Counted from the stretch's first letter, positions 30,403 to 41,600 are shown. The stretch is DNA of 64,000 nucleotides from Planctomycetota bacterium (GCA_031409275.1 JANNXA010000014.1:192001-256000); one strand, 5' to 3'. Notes: a model not told the origin generated them from the sequence alone. Program-made: numbers and translations.

Positions 30403-31589
30403 CAGCGTTGGAACGACGGCAGGTAGCCGAACGGAACGGCGAGCGTCAGCGCCGCCATCGCGGTGGCGTAGACCTCACCGAACAGCTCGTCGGAGAAGAC
30501 TCCGTCCTTGGACTCGCGCTCGGCTGCGTTCACCAGCGCCGGGTACCAGCCACGGAAGTGACGCAGATCCTGGTACTGCCAGTAGGCCTGCGTGGCGTAG
30601 AAGCGCCCGTACCAGGGCCACTGTTCCGGCTCGGAGCCGAAGCGCACCAGCGGGTCCTTCTGGCGCATGTACTCGATCCCGAGATCGACGAACTTGCTGT
30701 CGTAGTCGCCCACCGCGTTCAGCGACGAGACCGCCGCGGCAGTGAGCGCGAACGACGTCAGGTTGTCGTTCAGCATGTAGCGGAAGCCGCCGAACCGCGG
30801 ATCCTCGGGCTGCCGCACCTGGGAGTCGCGCAGGTACTTGACCGCCTGCGCAATCACGCCGGCATCGACGCGCATCCCCGCTTCCTTCGCCGAACGCAGC
30901 GCCTGCAACACGGTGACGGTGACCGACCCTTCGTGAAAATTCTCCGGCTCGAGGCGGTAGCCCCAGCCGCCGGTCGAGTGCTGCGCCAGCTCGATCGCGT
31001 GGACGGCGCCCTGCAGCGTCTTGCGCAGCCGATCGCGCTGATCGACGTTGTCCGCGCCCATCGACATTCCATCCGCCATCGCGACCGCCCAGGTGGCGTA
31101 ACCATGGCCGTGCATCTGCGACGTGGCGAAGCCTGGATCATTGAACTTGGCGACGACGTGCGGGCCGACGACGCGCGTGCAGGTGCACTCCTGCACCGTC
31201 GCTTGCGCCAGCAGCCAGTTCAGCAGCGCGCGCAGCCGCGCCCCGTGGCCATCCTCGCCCTCTTCCGCGGTGTGGCCTCCCGCCATGAAAGCGAGGATCG
31301 CCAACGAGGTTGCCGCCACCGTCGGTTGCTGCGAGGAGCGCGTCATCTCCAGCGCACCGTTGCTGCGCACTCGCGCCGCCAGCCACGTCAGCGCTCGATC
31401 GACGAGGCGGCGCGCCTGCATCAGGTCGCGCGCTTCGCTCGGCTCGCTGGCAGCGAAGGGGTGGTCATCGCCGCCGCCGCGAACCACCGCGCCGGCGCGC
31501 GCGTTCGCTGCCGCCGCGATGGTCGCAGCGATCACCGCCACCACCGCCGCTGCGCCAGCTCCTGCTGCTCGCGCCATGCTCCGCTTCAT
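30402..31589 (-). CDS. Secreted prenyltransferase/squalene-oxidase-repeat protein
   Basis: Signal peptide; QW-like repeats AQHSTGGWGY and GGFRY; MHGHGYAT; YGRFYATQAYWQ; C-terminal YLPSFQR. Confidence 0.85.
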   Translation of the reverse strand: MKRSMARAAGAGAAAVVAVIAATIAAAANARAGAVVRGGGDDHPFAASEPSEARDLMQARRLVDRALTWLAARVRSNGALEMTRSSQQPTVAATSLAILAFMAGGHTAEEGEDGHGARLRALLNWLLAQATVQECTCTRVVGPHVVAKFNDPGFATSQMHGHGYATWAVAMADGMSMGADNVDQRDRLRKTLQGAVHAIELAQHSTGGWGYRLEPENFHEGSVTVTVLQALRSAKEAGMRVDAGVIAQAVKYLRDSQVRQPEDPRFGGFRYMLNDNLTSFALTAAAVSSLNAVGDYDSKFVDLGIEYMRQKDPLVRFGSEPEQWPWYGRFYATQAYWQYQDLRHFRGWYPALVNAAERESKDGVFSDELFGEVYATAMAALTLAVPFGYLPSFQR

Positions 31590-31650
31590 GCTCGTCGATC
31601 CTGTCGCGCGCCCCCGCGCCCGTCCTTCCGATCGCGTTCGCTCGTCCCGC

Positions 31651-32385
31651 TCAATCGCGCGACGGCAGTCGGCTCACACGGCGGAAGTACTGCTCCATCC
31701 AGGTGCGGTAGCGCTGCGGAAATTCCTCGGCGCTGCGCCGCTGCAGTGCTTCCGCTTCCTTGTCCGGCAGCATGCCCCAACGACCCGAGAGGTCGGTGCG
31801 CTCGAACTCCCCCGTCGCGCCGGGCGGCGGGCCTTGCTTGGCATCGCGCTGTTCGCCCTTGCTCGGGTCGGCGTCGCCCTTCTTCGGATCGGCGTCGCCC
31901 TTCTGCGGCTCGGGCTTGTCGCCGCCCGGGTTCTGGTCGGGCTTGGGCTGCGGCTGCAACTGGTCGGAATCGGGAGAGCGCGGGCGCTCGGGCGACTTCC
32001 CCTGCTTGCCCTGGCCATCTTTCGGCGGCGGCGGGCTGCCCTCTTCGCCGCTCGGCGGCGACTGCTGACTCGACTCCTCCGACTTCGACATCGCGATCAG
32101 CTCGTCGATCTGCTGCATCACGGCGTCCGACTTCGAGTCGGCCTCGTTCAGCAGCTCCTCGATCCGCTTCTGGTTGGCGGTGAGGGCGGTGTCGACCTTC
32201 GCGGGGTCGGCGCCGTTCAACAGCAGCGCGTCGATCTCCCGCATCGACGTGCGGATCCGGTAGATCAGCTGGCGCGCGCGTTCGGTGTCGGGGTCCATGG
32301 CCTGAGCGTTCGCATCGACTGCGAATCCGCCGGCCGCGGCGGCGAGCGCTCCCGCGATCACGATCCCATGCAGCGTGCGGTTCAT
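31651..32385 (-). CDS. Secreted low-complexity protein with DUF4175-like C-terminal motif
   Basis: ATGA overlap with the upstream gene; signal peptide ending ANA; coiled coil; P/K/G/D/Q linker; terminal WGMLP...FPQRYRTWMEQYFRR. Confidence 0.75.
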   Translation of the reverse strand: MNRTLHGIVIAGALAAAAGGFAVDANAQAMDPDTERARQLIYRIRTSMREIDALLLNGADPAKVDTALTANQKRIEELLNEADSKSDAVMQQIDELIAMSKSEESSQQSPPSGEEGSPPPPKDGQGKQGKSPERPRSPDSDQLQPQPKPDQNPGGDKPEPQKGDADPKKGDADPSKGEQRDAKQGPPPGATGEFERTDLSGRWGMLPDKEAEALQRRSAEEFPQRYRTWMEQYFRRVSRLPSRD

Positions 32386-35120
32386 CGCTCTTCTCCCGGC
32401 TTCTTGGAATCGCCCTCGGGCGGCGTCTCGCCACTCGCCGCGTCGCCCTCGGCGTCGCCCGCCGTCACCGACTCGACGAGCTTCTCGAAGATCTCGGTCA
32501 ACTCCGAATGGCGGTGGCCGAGCCGTTCGAGCAGCGCGAGTCGCGCGGTGAACAGCTCCGGATCCTGCTCCGCGCGCGCGGTGGTCCGCAGCGAGCGGAC
32601 ATCGTCCTGAACGTCCTGCTCGAGTCGCTTGAGCAGCAGCAGCTCGGCGACTGGCGGCACCAGACGCTGCACCTGCTGGCCACCCGACGGCGGCGGCTTG
32701 GGCGGCTCGCCGTTCTTCTGCTCTTCCTGCTTCTTCTTGGCCGCCTCCTGGCGACGCTTGCCCTCTTCGTCGAGCGACTGCAGCAGGCGATCGTAGCGCG
32801 AGACAACGTCGGCCGCGAGCACCTGCACGAACTCGCCCGTCTCCGCATCGCGGCCCGTGAGGCGCTCGCGCAGCTGCGCGAAGTCGGCGTTGTTCTTGCC
32901 GAGCACCCACGGGAAAGTCGGCGACGCCTCGGCCGCGAGCTTGTCGATCAGCTCCTGGTTCTCCTTGCCGATCGCTTCGGCATCGACCGTGAGCTTCTCG
33001 ACGCGCGGCCGCAGCCGACGCGGCAGCTTCTCGGCGCCGGCGCGATCGGTGTCGACCGTGACGAGCCCCTGCTCGAGTTCGGCCGATCGCGTGCGCAGCT
33101 CCTTCAGCTTGTCCTTCAGGCGGAAGAGCATCTCTTCGGAGCGGAGGTCCTGATAGAGCTGCTGCTCCTCCTCGAGCTGCTTCTGCATCTCGTCGAGGTT
33201 CTTCTCGGCCTGCTTCTGCTGATCGACCGCTTCCTCGTCCCCACCCTGATCGAGCTGCTGGCGGGCGCGCTGCATGTTGCGCTGCGCGGAGCCGCCCTGC
33301 TGCTGCCCCTGGTTCTGTTTGCGTTCCTTCATGCGCTGCATGAGGTCGCGCAGCTGCTCTTCGAGCTGGCGCTGCTCTTCGGCGAGCTGCTGGCGTTCCG
33401 CCCGCTCGGCCGCCTCGTCGCGCTTCTCCTGCTGCGCCTGTGCCTGCTGCGCCGCCGCTTGCGCCTGCTGCGCCGCCTTCTCGAGCGCCGCCTCGGCCTG
33501 CTGCTGCGGAGCCTGCGCCTGTTGCGGCTCGCCGCCGTTCAACTGCTCGGTCGCCTTCTGCATCTCCTTCGCGGCGTCCTTCAACGCTTGCTGGAGCGCC
33601 TGCTGCTGCTCGGGCTTCATGCCTCCGGGCGACGGCTTCGCGGACGCCGGATCCGAGGGGTTCTGCCCGTCCGACGGCGGCGTCAGCTGGCGACTCTCCT
33701 GCGCCGCGGCCTCGGCCTGGGCGCGCAGGAAATCCTGGCGAGCCGCGAGCGCTTCGGCCGCGCGCGCCTGCGCCTGCTGCTGCGTCGCTAGCGCTCGCTG
33801 CGCCTGCTCGATCTTCTGCAACGCCTGCTTGGCCGCTTCGAGACCGGGCGCCGCCTTCTGCGCCGCGAGGTCCTGCTGCGCCTGTTCGAGCTCCTCCGCG
33901 GCCTTGGCGAGCGCCTGCTGCGCAGCCTCCGATGCCTCCTTGCGATCGGCCGCTTGCGCGCCCGGCTGCGCGGCGGCCCGCTGCGCCTGCTCTTGCGCGC
34001 TGCGGGCGAGCGCTTCCGCTTGCGGCGCGAGCTCGCGCTCCTGGTTCGCGACGCTCGCCGCGGCGGCAGCGGCATCGGGCCGCTCGCGCCCATCGAGCGC
34101 CTTCTCGAGCGCCGCCTCGGCGGCTTTCAACGCCGCCTCCGCGGACTGTTGCTGCGCCGCGTCGGGACGCGCCGCGCCGGCCGCGGGCGTCGCCGCACGC
34201 AACGCCTCTTCGACTTTGCGCATCTCCTCGCTCAGCGCCGGCGCGCGCTCGACGATCTCGCTGCGCGCCTCTCCCAACCGCTGCGCCGCTTCGAGCAGCG
34301 CCTCCGCCTCGCCGCGCTCGAGCGCACGGCGGGCCTGCGTCAATGCGCTGCTGGCTTCACCCGCCCGCTCGCGCGCCTGCTCTTCGAGCTGCGCGACGAC
34401 GGCCTTCTGCCGCTCCGCAAGCGCGGCCACTTCCTTGGCGAGCGCCTCACGCGCAGCAGCCTCGGCAGCGCGCTCCTCGGGCGTGCCCGGCGGCTGCTCC
34501 GCAGCGGCCTGCGCGCTCTCCTGGGTCAGCGCTTTCTGCTTGGCCGACAGCTCCTCGAGCTTCTTCGCGAAGTCCGCGAGCTTGCGTGCCGGATCGCCGG
34601 TCGACTCTTCCGTCTTCTCGCGCAGCTCCTGCTGCTCACGACGTACGTCGGAGAGCTCCGCGATCGACTGCTTCATGTCGGCGAGCTGCTTCTCGAGCTC
34701 GTTCAGCGCGCGTTGATCGCGCAGCAGATCGAGGACCGCGCTCAGGTCCTTGAGCAGCTGCTCCTGCTGTTCGGGCGACTGCAGATTCTTCGGGTCGGCC
34801 AGCAGGTCGAGCAGCTTGTCCTTGCGCGACTCCAGATTGCGCGCATCGATCTCCCCCATCGCCTTGCGCAGCAGCTCGGCCTGGCGCGCCTTGCCTTCCG
34901 AGTCGAGCTTGGCGGCGAGCCGCTCCATGCGCTTCTTCAGCGAGGAGAGGCGGTCGAAGAGCTGCTCCTGGTCGTTCAGGACGCGTTCGCGATCGTCGTC
35001 ACCGCGCACCGCGGCGCGCGCGGACCACGGCAGCGCGCTGACGACGGCCATCAGCAGGAGCAGTCGCCGCGGGGTGCGTCGTGGCGTGGCGGGCGATGAG
35101 TCGTGGAGACGATGCAACAT
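32382..35120 (-). CDS. Secreted long Gln/Ala/Glu-rich coiled-coil protein (DUF4175-like)
   Basis: GGAGG SD plus ATG at 35120; signal peptide; heptad-rich body; C-terminal RLVPPVAELLLLKRLE. Confidence 0.8.
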   Translation of the reverse strand: MLHRLHDSSPATPRRTPRRLLLLMAVVSALPWSARAAVRGDDDRERVLNDQEQLFDRLSSLKKRMERLAAKLDSEGKARQAELLRKAMGEIDARNLESRKDKLLDLLADPKNLQSPEQQEQLLKDLSAVLDLLRDQRALNELEKQLADMKQSIAELSDVRREQQELREKTEESTGDPARKLADFAKKLEELSAKQKALTQESAQAAAEQPPGTPEERAAEAAAREALAKEVAALAERQKAVVAQLEEQARERAGEASSALTQARRALERGEAEALLEAAQRLGEARSEIVERAPALSEEMRKVEEALRAATPAAGAARPDAAQQQSAEAALKAAEAALEKALDGRERPDAAAAAASVANQERELAPQAEALARSAQEQAQRAAAQPGAQAADRKEASEAAQQALAKAAEELEQAQQDLAAQKAAPGLEAAKQALQKIEQAQRALATQQQAQARAAEALAARQDFLRAQAEAAAQESRQLTPPSDGQNPSDPASAKPSPGGMKPEQQQALQQALKDAAKEMQKATEQLNGGEPQQAQAPQQQAEAALEKAAQQAQAAAQQAQAQQEKRDEAAERAERQQLAEEQRQLEEQLRDLMQRMKERKQNQGQQQGGSAQRNMQRARQQLDQGGDEEAVDQQKQAEKNLDEMQKQLEEEQQLYQDLRSEEMLFRLKDKLKELRTRSAELEQGLVTVDTDRAGAEKLPRRLRPRVEKLTVDAEAIGKENQELIDKLAAEASPTFPWVLGKNNADFAQLRERLTGRDAETGEFVQVLAADVVSRYDRLLQSLDEEGKRRQEAAKKKQEEQKNGEPPKPPPSGGQQVQRLVPPVAELLLLKRLEQDVQDDVRSLRTTARAEQDPELFTARLALLERLGHRHSELTEIFEKLVESVTAGDAEGDAASGETPPEGDSKKPGEER

Positions 35121-35134
35121 GAACCAGCCTCCGT

Positions 35135-37474
35135 TCAGCGGCCACCGCTGCCAGGCAGCGGCGCAACCACACCGCGCGCCCGACGATTGATGTCGTCCTG
35201 GTCGTCGACGAGTCCCTGCCAAAGGTCGAGGATCTCCTGGTAGTCCTCGAACTCCTCCATCTTCTGCAGCAGCAGCGTGTAGATCTCGATCACCTTCTGC
35301 TGCGACGCCTGAGCGCCGACCAGCAATCCCAGCCGATCACCGGCGCGGCCGGCGAGACGCGCGCCGCGCAACTGCTCGAGCGCCCGCTGCGCATGCTGCT
35401 CGCTCGCCTGCAACGCGAGGTCGACCATCACCAACAGGTTGCCAAGCTGCTGCAAGGCACCGAATTCGCCGGCCGCATGCGCCGCCGCCAGCTTCGTGTA
35501 CGGAGCGAAGTCGAAGTTCGGGCCCGCGTCGGCCACCTGCAGTTCCAAGACCAGGAAGCCGACCGCGCGTTCCGCCGTCGGCGTCGGATCGAGCCGATTC
35601 AGCACGAACTCGGCCCCGATCTCGCACAGGTCGCGCGCCGCCTGGCGGGCGCTGCTGCCGACCCGCCCCTGCTCGACCTCGACCGACGTGAGCTCTCGCG
35701 TCTCGATGGCGCCGTCGCCCTGCGCGGCCAGCAGCGCGGCGAGGCCGGCGCTGCGCTCTTCCTGCGACTTCTTGGTCGACAGCACGCTCTGCTTCACGCG
35801 CTGCTGACGATCGTTCAACTTGCGCAGCTTCTCGCTGACGCTCACGACGTCGATCCGGCGGCCCGGCGCGGAGGTGACGTTGTGCGCCGGCGTGCCGGAG
35901 GGCTGCTCGCGGTTGTCGGCGACGGTCGCCGTGTAGAGGATCGACTCGCCCTCGGCGAGGCGCTCGAGCAGCGTTCCCTTGCCAAGTTCGAGGGTGGTGA
36001 GGTCGAGCGTCGAGTCGAGGACGTGCGGCTCGCCCGTGCCCGGAAGCAGCGCGAGCTGTGCACTGCCTTCGCCTTGCAGCGCCAGATGGCGGACCGCCGG
36101 ATCGTCGCCGCGCTTCAGATCGAGAGCGACGACCGTGACGCCGTAGTCATCATCGACGAGCAGCCGGAACGGGACCACCGCCTGCGCGGTCGCCTCGAGG
36201 TCGGAGACGGTCGGCCGCGCGATCTCGAGCACCGGCTTGCGATCGGCGAGCACGGTCAGCGGATAGTCGATCGGATGGAGGTTCTTGAAGCCGTTCTTGC
36301 CGGTGAGGTGCAGGTTGAGCGTCCCCGACTCCTCGGCGAGCACGCTCCCGCGCCACAGCCCCGGCGTCTTCGCGTCGGCGACCAGCGGCCGCGCCGTGCC
36401 GGGATCGCTGTGCAGAGTCAGCTCCGCTTCGCTGACGTCGCCGGCGGTCGCGACCTCGAGTTCGAGGAGCGTGCCGGCCGGCACCGCGAAGTCCTGGCGC
36501 TCTTCCCGCCGCGACGGTCGCTGCGTGTAGGCCGGCGGAGTGATCGTCGCCACTAGCCGTTCAACGGTCGGCGGCGGCACCACCTCCACCACCAGCGCGA
36601 TCGAGTGGCCGGGATCGTCGCCGCCCGCCGCCGACAGCTCCATCGGCCGCGTCGTGTTGCGGAAGCGGTAGCCGAATTCACCGGCGCCACCCTCGCGCGG
36701 CGCCATCCGGATCTCCTCCGAACCGGCGCGCCCCCCTTCACGCACGATCAGCAGCACCTCATCGGGCACTGAACCGCGCGCGCGCACCACGATCGGCAGG
36801 CTCCCGCCGCGCGCGACGAGGACGCGGCGCGCGACGCCGTTGGCATCGCGCTCCACCCGGAAATGGGTCGACTCGGAGGCCGCGGCGACATCGAGTTCGA
36901 GATGCGTTCGGCGCGGCCAGTCGCGATCGGCGCCGACGAATCGTTCGAGGAAGATCCACGCTTCCTCGCGCCGGAGGAGTGCGAAGCCGGCGACCAGCAG
37001 CGTCGCGACCGCCGCCAACCCACCGAGCCGGCGCAGCAACCGCGGCTCGAAGATCGCATCGAAGGCGACGGTCGCCGCGCGCGACGACGTCGCGGTGCGC
37101 CATTGCTCGAGCAGTTCCGGCGAGACGTCGGCGGCGGGCGCGGCCGCCGCTTCGACTTCGACCATCGAAGCGAGCGCACCGTGCAGCTCGGGGTGGCGCC
37201 GCTCGACCGCCAGCGCCATGTCGCGCGCCACCACGCGCTTGCGCAACGGCCGCGCGATCAGCATCCAGAAGCGGACGGCGAAGCTCAGCGCCGCGATCAC
37301 CAGGACGAACTGCCGCGCGCCGACCGGCAGCCAGAGGAAGCGGTCGACGGCGAACTGGAGCACCAGGAAGCCGGCGCACTCGGCCAGGAGCCGCAGCGCG
37401 CCAGCGACGAGCCAGCGGCGGCGGAGGGCCGCTCGCAGCGATTCGAGGCGATCGGTGATGGGATGCAGGGTCAT
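35135..37474 (-). CDS. DUF4175-like membrane protein with periplasmic Ig-like domains and helical tail
   Basis: Three N-terminal TM segments; VERRHPELHGALASMVE; ITPPAYT; DRKPVLEI; DDDYGV. Confidence 0.8.
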   Translation of the reverse strand: MTLHPITDRLESLRAALRRRWLVAGALRLLAECAGFLVLQFAVDRFLWLPVGARQFVLVIAALSFAVRFWMLIARPLRKRVVARDMALAVERRHPELHGALASMVEVEAAAAPAADVSPELLEQWRTATSSRAATVAFDAIFEPRLLRRLGGLAAVATLLVAGFALLRREEAWIFLERFVGADRDWPRRTHLELDVAAASESTHFRVERDANGVARRVLVARGGSLPIVVRARGSVPDEVLLIVREGGRAGSEEIRMAPREGGAGEFGYRFRNTTRPMELSAAGGDDPGHSIALVVEVVPPPTVERLVATITPPAYTQRPSRREERQDFAVPAGTLLELEVATAGDVSEAELTLHSDPGTARPLVADAKTPGLWRGSVLAEESGTLNLHLTGKNGFKNLHPIDYPLTVLADRKPVLEIARPTVSDLEATAQAVVPFRLLVDDDYGVTVVALDLKRGDDPAVRHLALQGEGSAQLALLPGTGEPHVLDSTLDLTTLELGKGTLLERLAEGESILYTATVADNREQPSGTPAHNVTSAPGRRIDVVSVSEKLRKLNDRQQRVKQSVLSTKKSQEERSAGLAALLAAQGDGAIETRELTSVEVEQGRVGSSARQAARDLCEIGAEFVLNRLDPTPTAERAVGFLVLELQVADAGPNFDFAPYTKLAAAHAAGEFGALQQLGNLLVMVDLALQASEQHAQRALEQLRGARLAGRAGDRLGLLVGAQASQQKVIEIYTLLLQKMEEFEDYQEILDLWQGLVDDQDDINRRARGVVAPLPGSGGR

Positions 37475-37477
37475 GCG

Positions 37478-38638
37478 TCAGCGCTGCAGGATCGGGAGGT
37501 AGCGGTACGGTACCTGCAGCACGATGCAGGCCACCGCCGTGGAGAAGTTGCGGCCCGGGCCGACCGGATTGGGCCACGCTCCGTCCGCCGCCTGCGAGAA
37601 GGCGGTGCCGGTCTCGAGCAGCTCGCCCGACACCGAACGCCAGTACGTGTCCCACCAGCGGTCACCGGTGATGAACATCGCCTGAGCCGCGTAGTAGTGG
37701 CCGTACCAGTAGAAGTAGTGGCAGCGCCAGTCGGGCCGCGACACGCGCCGCTGCTGCTCCTGCAGGAACTCGAGGCTGTTGCGCAACGTCGAGGTGTCGT
37801 AGCGCGCCGCGTGGTAGAGCGAGGTGATCCCGGCCGCCGTCAGCGCGAACGAGGAGCGCGACATGTCCTCGTCCTGGTACTGGTAGCGAAACGCCCCTTT
37901 GCCGAGCGCGTAGTAGCCGCCTTCGTAGACGTCATGGAAGCCAGGCCAGCCCGGATCGTCCTGAACCTGGCTCGCCTTCACGTATTCGACCGCGCGATCG
38001 ATCGTGTCCGCCGGCACTCGAATGCCGACGTTGCGCGCCGCGCGCAACGCCATCAACTGGCACACCGTGATCGACATGTCCGACTCGAGCGCGAACGGCT
38101 GGTAGCGCCACGATCCGCGCGTGTTCTGCGAGTTCTTGATCAGGTCGATCGCTTTCTGCAGCGCCGCGCGCACCTCGTTGCTGGTGGTCTGACCGAAGAC
38201 CTCGGCCAGGAACAGCGTCGCGAAGGCGTGGTCGTACATGCGCGATTCGCGATACGTGATGTAGCCCTGGTCGTTCTGGTGGGCGATCAGGAACTTCACG
38301 GCGCGGTCGAGCACGCCGCCGTAGGCACCGCGATCGGGCAGGTGGCCGCCCGCCAGGAACGCCATGCCGCACAACGCGGTGACGCCGATGTGCGGGACGT
38401 CGGCCTCCTGCACCGTGTAGTCCTGGTTGACCTTGAAGCCGACGCTGCCGATCCAGCAGCCATCGCGCTGCTGCGTCTTGGCAAGGAAGTCGAGTCCGCG
38501 ATCGACCGCCGCCACGACGCGCGGAGTGATCTCGGTGGCGACATCGTCGCTCGCCGACGCGCGCCCTCCCGGCGCGATCGATCCGGCGAACAGCGTCGCC
38601 CACAGCGTCGCCGCTGCCACTCGGCCGAGCGTTCCCAT
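37478..38638 (-). CDS. Secreted prenyltransferase/squalene-oxidase-repeat protein
   Basis: GGAGG SD plus ATG at 38638; AVDRGLDFLAKTQQRDGCW, MYDHAFATLFLAE, SQNTRGSWRY, YGHYYAAQAM and C-terminal YLPILQR. Confidence 0.9.
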   Translation of the reverse strand: MGTLGRVAAATLWATLFAGSIAPGGRASASDDVATEITPRVVAAVDRGLDFLAKTQQRDGCWIGSVGFKVNQDYTVQEADVPHIGVTALCGMAFLAGGHLPDRGAYGGVLDRAVKFLIAHQNDQGYITYRESRMYDHAFATLFLAEVFGQTTSNEVRAALQKAIDLIKNSQNTRGSWRYQPFALESDMSITVCQLMALRAARNVGIRVPADTIDRAVEYVKASQVQDDPGWPGFHDVYEGGYYALGKGAFRYQYQDEDMSRSSFALTAAGITSLYHAARYDTSTLRNSLEFLQEQQRRVSRPDWRCHYFYWYGHYYAAQAMFITGDRWWDTYWRSVSGELLETGTAFSQAADGAWPNPVGPGRNFSTAVACIVLQVPYRYLPILQR

Positions 38639-38640
38639 GG

Positions 38641-41600
38641 TCACCTCCACCCCAGCACCCGCAACGTCGACTCCTGGCGCAGCGCAACCCACTCGCCGCT
38701 GACGACCAGATCGTCACGCTGCCCCGGCCGTCCGCCATCGAAACCTTCACGAGCCAGCACCTGTCCGCTCGCCTCGTCCAGCACGATCAGGTCGGTTCGG
38801 TAACGCCCGCCCGCGTGGTACTGCAGCGCGGAGAGCAGCGCCCCGCCGCGTCGCAGCAGCCGGTCCGGCAATATGATCTGCACCGTGTTCTCAGGCACTT
38901 CGAGATCCTGGCGCCAGAGCGATTCACCGTTGCCGGCGACGAGCGCGAGCTGCGCCGGACCGCCCTTCCTCCAATCGACATAGCCCTGCACCCGCACCAG
39001 CGCCTCCTCGCCGAGCACGAGGATCCGGCGGAAACTGTCCGCCACCGCGGGCGGCAGCGGCTGCAGCGGCGAAGCGGCGCCCGTTGCGGGATCGACCAGG
39101 AGGACGCCGGCGTTCGTGGCGACGCCGCCGAGCAAGGCGAGCCCCTCGGCGGCGAGGTAGGTCGTCTTCAGCTTGTAGGCGAGCGGCAACAGGTCGACTT
39201 CGAACGCGACCTCGTCACGATCGAGACGCCAGCCCACCACCCGCGGCACGCCACCCTGCCGTGTCGCCGCTTCGCCCGGCGCCGGCCGGGTGTCCGGCAA
39301 CACGACGACCTGCTGCGCCGGCAGATAGAGCGGCGTGCAGATGCCGCTTGGCGCCGGCTTCGCATCGAGCCGCCGCGCGCCGGTGATCGCGTCGAACACC
39401 TCGACGGTCTGGCCGCGCCGGCCGAAACTCGTCACGATCCCGACGCCAGCGGTGGCCAGCATCTGGCTCGCGCGCGAATCGGTGCCGACGCAGTCGAGCA
39501 TCGCGACGGAAGTGCCGCTGCGCGGCTCGATCAGCGCCAGCGTGACCGGGTCCCCCTCTTCGCCCTGAGTCGGCGGCGTGCGCAACGTCACCAGCAACAT
39601 CCCGCTGGTCGAGGCGAGCTCGGCGGCGTCGCGATCGAGCTCGCGCGTCCAGCGCTCGGCGCCGCTTTCGAGGTCGATGCCGGTGAGCTGCGAGCCGCGT
39701 TTCGTGACGAGGACGCCCGCGACCTGCACGAAGTTGAGCGCGTACTCGTTCTGCCGCGGGCGCCGCAACGTTCGCCGCCACCGCTCCTCACCGGAGGGCA
39801 GCGCGAGGCGCGTCACGGCCAGATCGAAGCCCTGCTCCAGCACCAGCACCGAGTCGAAGTCGGGGGGCAGCGGCTCGCCGCGCAACGGCCGCTCGGAACC
39901 GCCGAGCACGACGCTGTTCGGTGCCAACGTGAGCGTCGCCACCGCTTCGAGGCGACCCGCCGCCGGCAGCGCCACGCGCGTGTCGTTCGCGAGGGTGGCG
40001 AGATCCTCCGGGAGCGGCGACTCGGCGTCGCGCACCAGTCGTGCGACCAGCGCTCGCGCCAGCGGCTCGTTGCCGATCTCGCGCGCGGCACGCGCCAGCT
40101 CCACCTCGGCGGAGCGCTCGAGCGACCGATCGGTGCGGCCGCGCAGGATGCCGGTCCCCACGACGAGCGCGTCGAGCGGTCGCCGTGCCGTGCGCAACAG
40201 CAAGAGCTCCTCGGCCACGTAGCGCGGCGCCGAACGCGCGCTTGGATAGCGGTGCAGCAGCAGCGCCAACCGCTCGACGTCGCCAGCCGCGACCGCGGCC
40301 GCGAACGCGGTCTCCGCCTCGCGGTCGTAGCGCTCGCGCAACGCCGGCGGACCTTTGGCGAACAGCGCGTCGACACGTACCTGCGCGATCGCCGCCGATT
40401 CGCCCGCAGCGAGCATTTCGCTCGGCAGATCGGACTGCAGCCGCTGCAGCTCGGCCAACGCCGATTCGATCGCGCCGCGCCGCTCGTACCGATCGGCAAG
40501 CTCCATCCCGACGCAGATCGCCACCGGCACCGGCCGCGCCGCGAGTGTCGGCACCATGACGCGGGCCGTCGCGAAGGCGTCGCGCAGCCGCGTCAGCCAA
40601 CGCAGCGCGCGCTCGTCCGCAGCGTCGGGCGCCACTTCCGCCAGCAGCTCGAACACCAGATCGGTGCGCTCCTGCGCGTCGTCGGCGAGCGCCTCGGCCT
40701 CGATCAGCGCGGCCGCGAAGCGCTCGCGGTCGCCGCTCTTTCGATACGAGGCGGCCAGTTCGCGCAGGGTGGCGCAGCGGGCCGCGCGCGCGCGCAGCAG
40801 CTCGACGGGAAGCGCGTCGGCCGCGAGTTCGAGCGCGTGCGCCAGCGTGCGGGAGGCCTCTTCGAGCGCCCCCGACTGCCGCTCGAGGCTGCCGATCCGC
40901 GTCAGCAGTTCGAGCGTCTCGCCGCGAGCGAGCTGCGCGCGCAGCTCGCGCAACGCCTCCTCGGGATCGAAGGCGATTCGAACCGTCGTCTGTCCCGCCG
41001 CGAGCAGCAGATCGGGGAAGACCAGCAGGTTCTTCGCCTCGCCCGTGTACCAGGGCTGCCGAGCCAACGGCCGTCCGTTGCTGAGGTCGAGCACGAGGAG
41101 TTCGTCCTCGGTCGCGAGCCAGACGCGACCGTCGGTGAGCGCCGCCGTGCCGCGCAGCTCGAGCGGCCGACCGCGCGGCAAGGTCGCGTCGGGATAGTTC
41201 CAGACCGCGCGGCCGTTGGCGAGGTCGAGCGCGGCGACGCTGCCGCCGCTGGCGATGACGGCACGGTCTGCCGTCACGCCGATCAGCTGCGACGACGGAT
41301 AGTCCGTCTCGGGACTCGCGAGCGGCCGCGTCCAGCGCGTGATGCCGGTGGCTGGATCGAGCGACAAGAGGCGCTTCGAGTCATGCGGCGCGAAGAGGGC
41401 GAGGTCGGGTCCGGCGAGCGCGCCGCGGTTGTACCAATGGACCGGACGCGGCAGGTTGCGGAAGTAGTTGTTCGGCTCGGTGATGCGCAGCGCGTCGTAC
41501 TCCGCGAGCCAGCGCAAGTCGCCGAACGCCGCGTCGACCGCCGCCACCAGGCCGACATTGGTCGACGCGTAGAGCGTGCCGTCGGCGAACGCCGGGCAGC

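Noticed and set aside
30402..38638. Squalene-hopene cyclase / hopanoid cluster
   Set aside because: The proteins are single-barrel, about 390 aa, carry signal peptides, lack DXDD, and have no hpn genes nearby.
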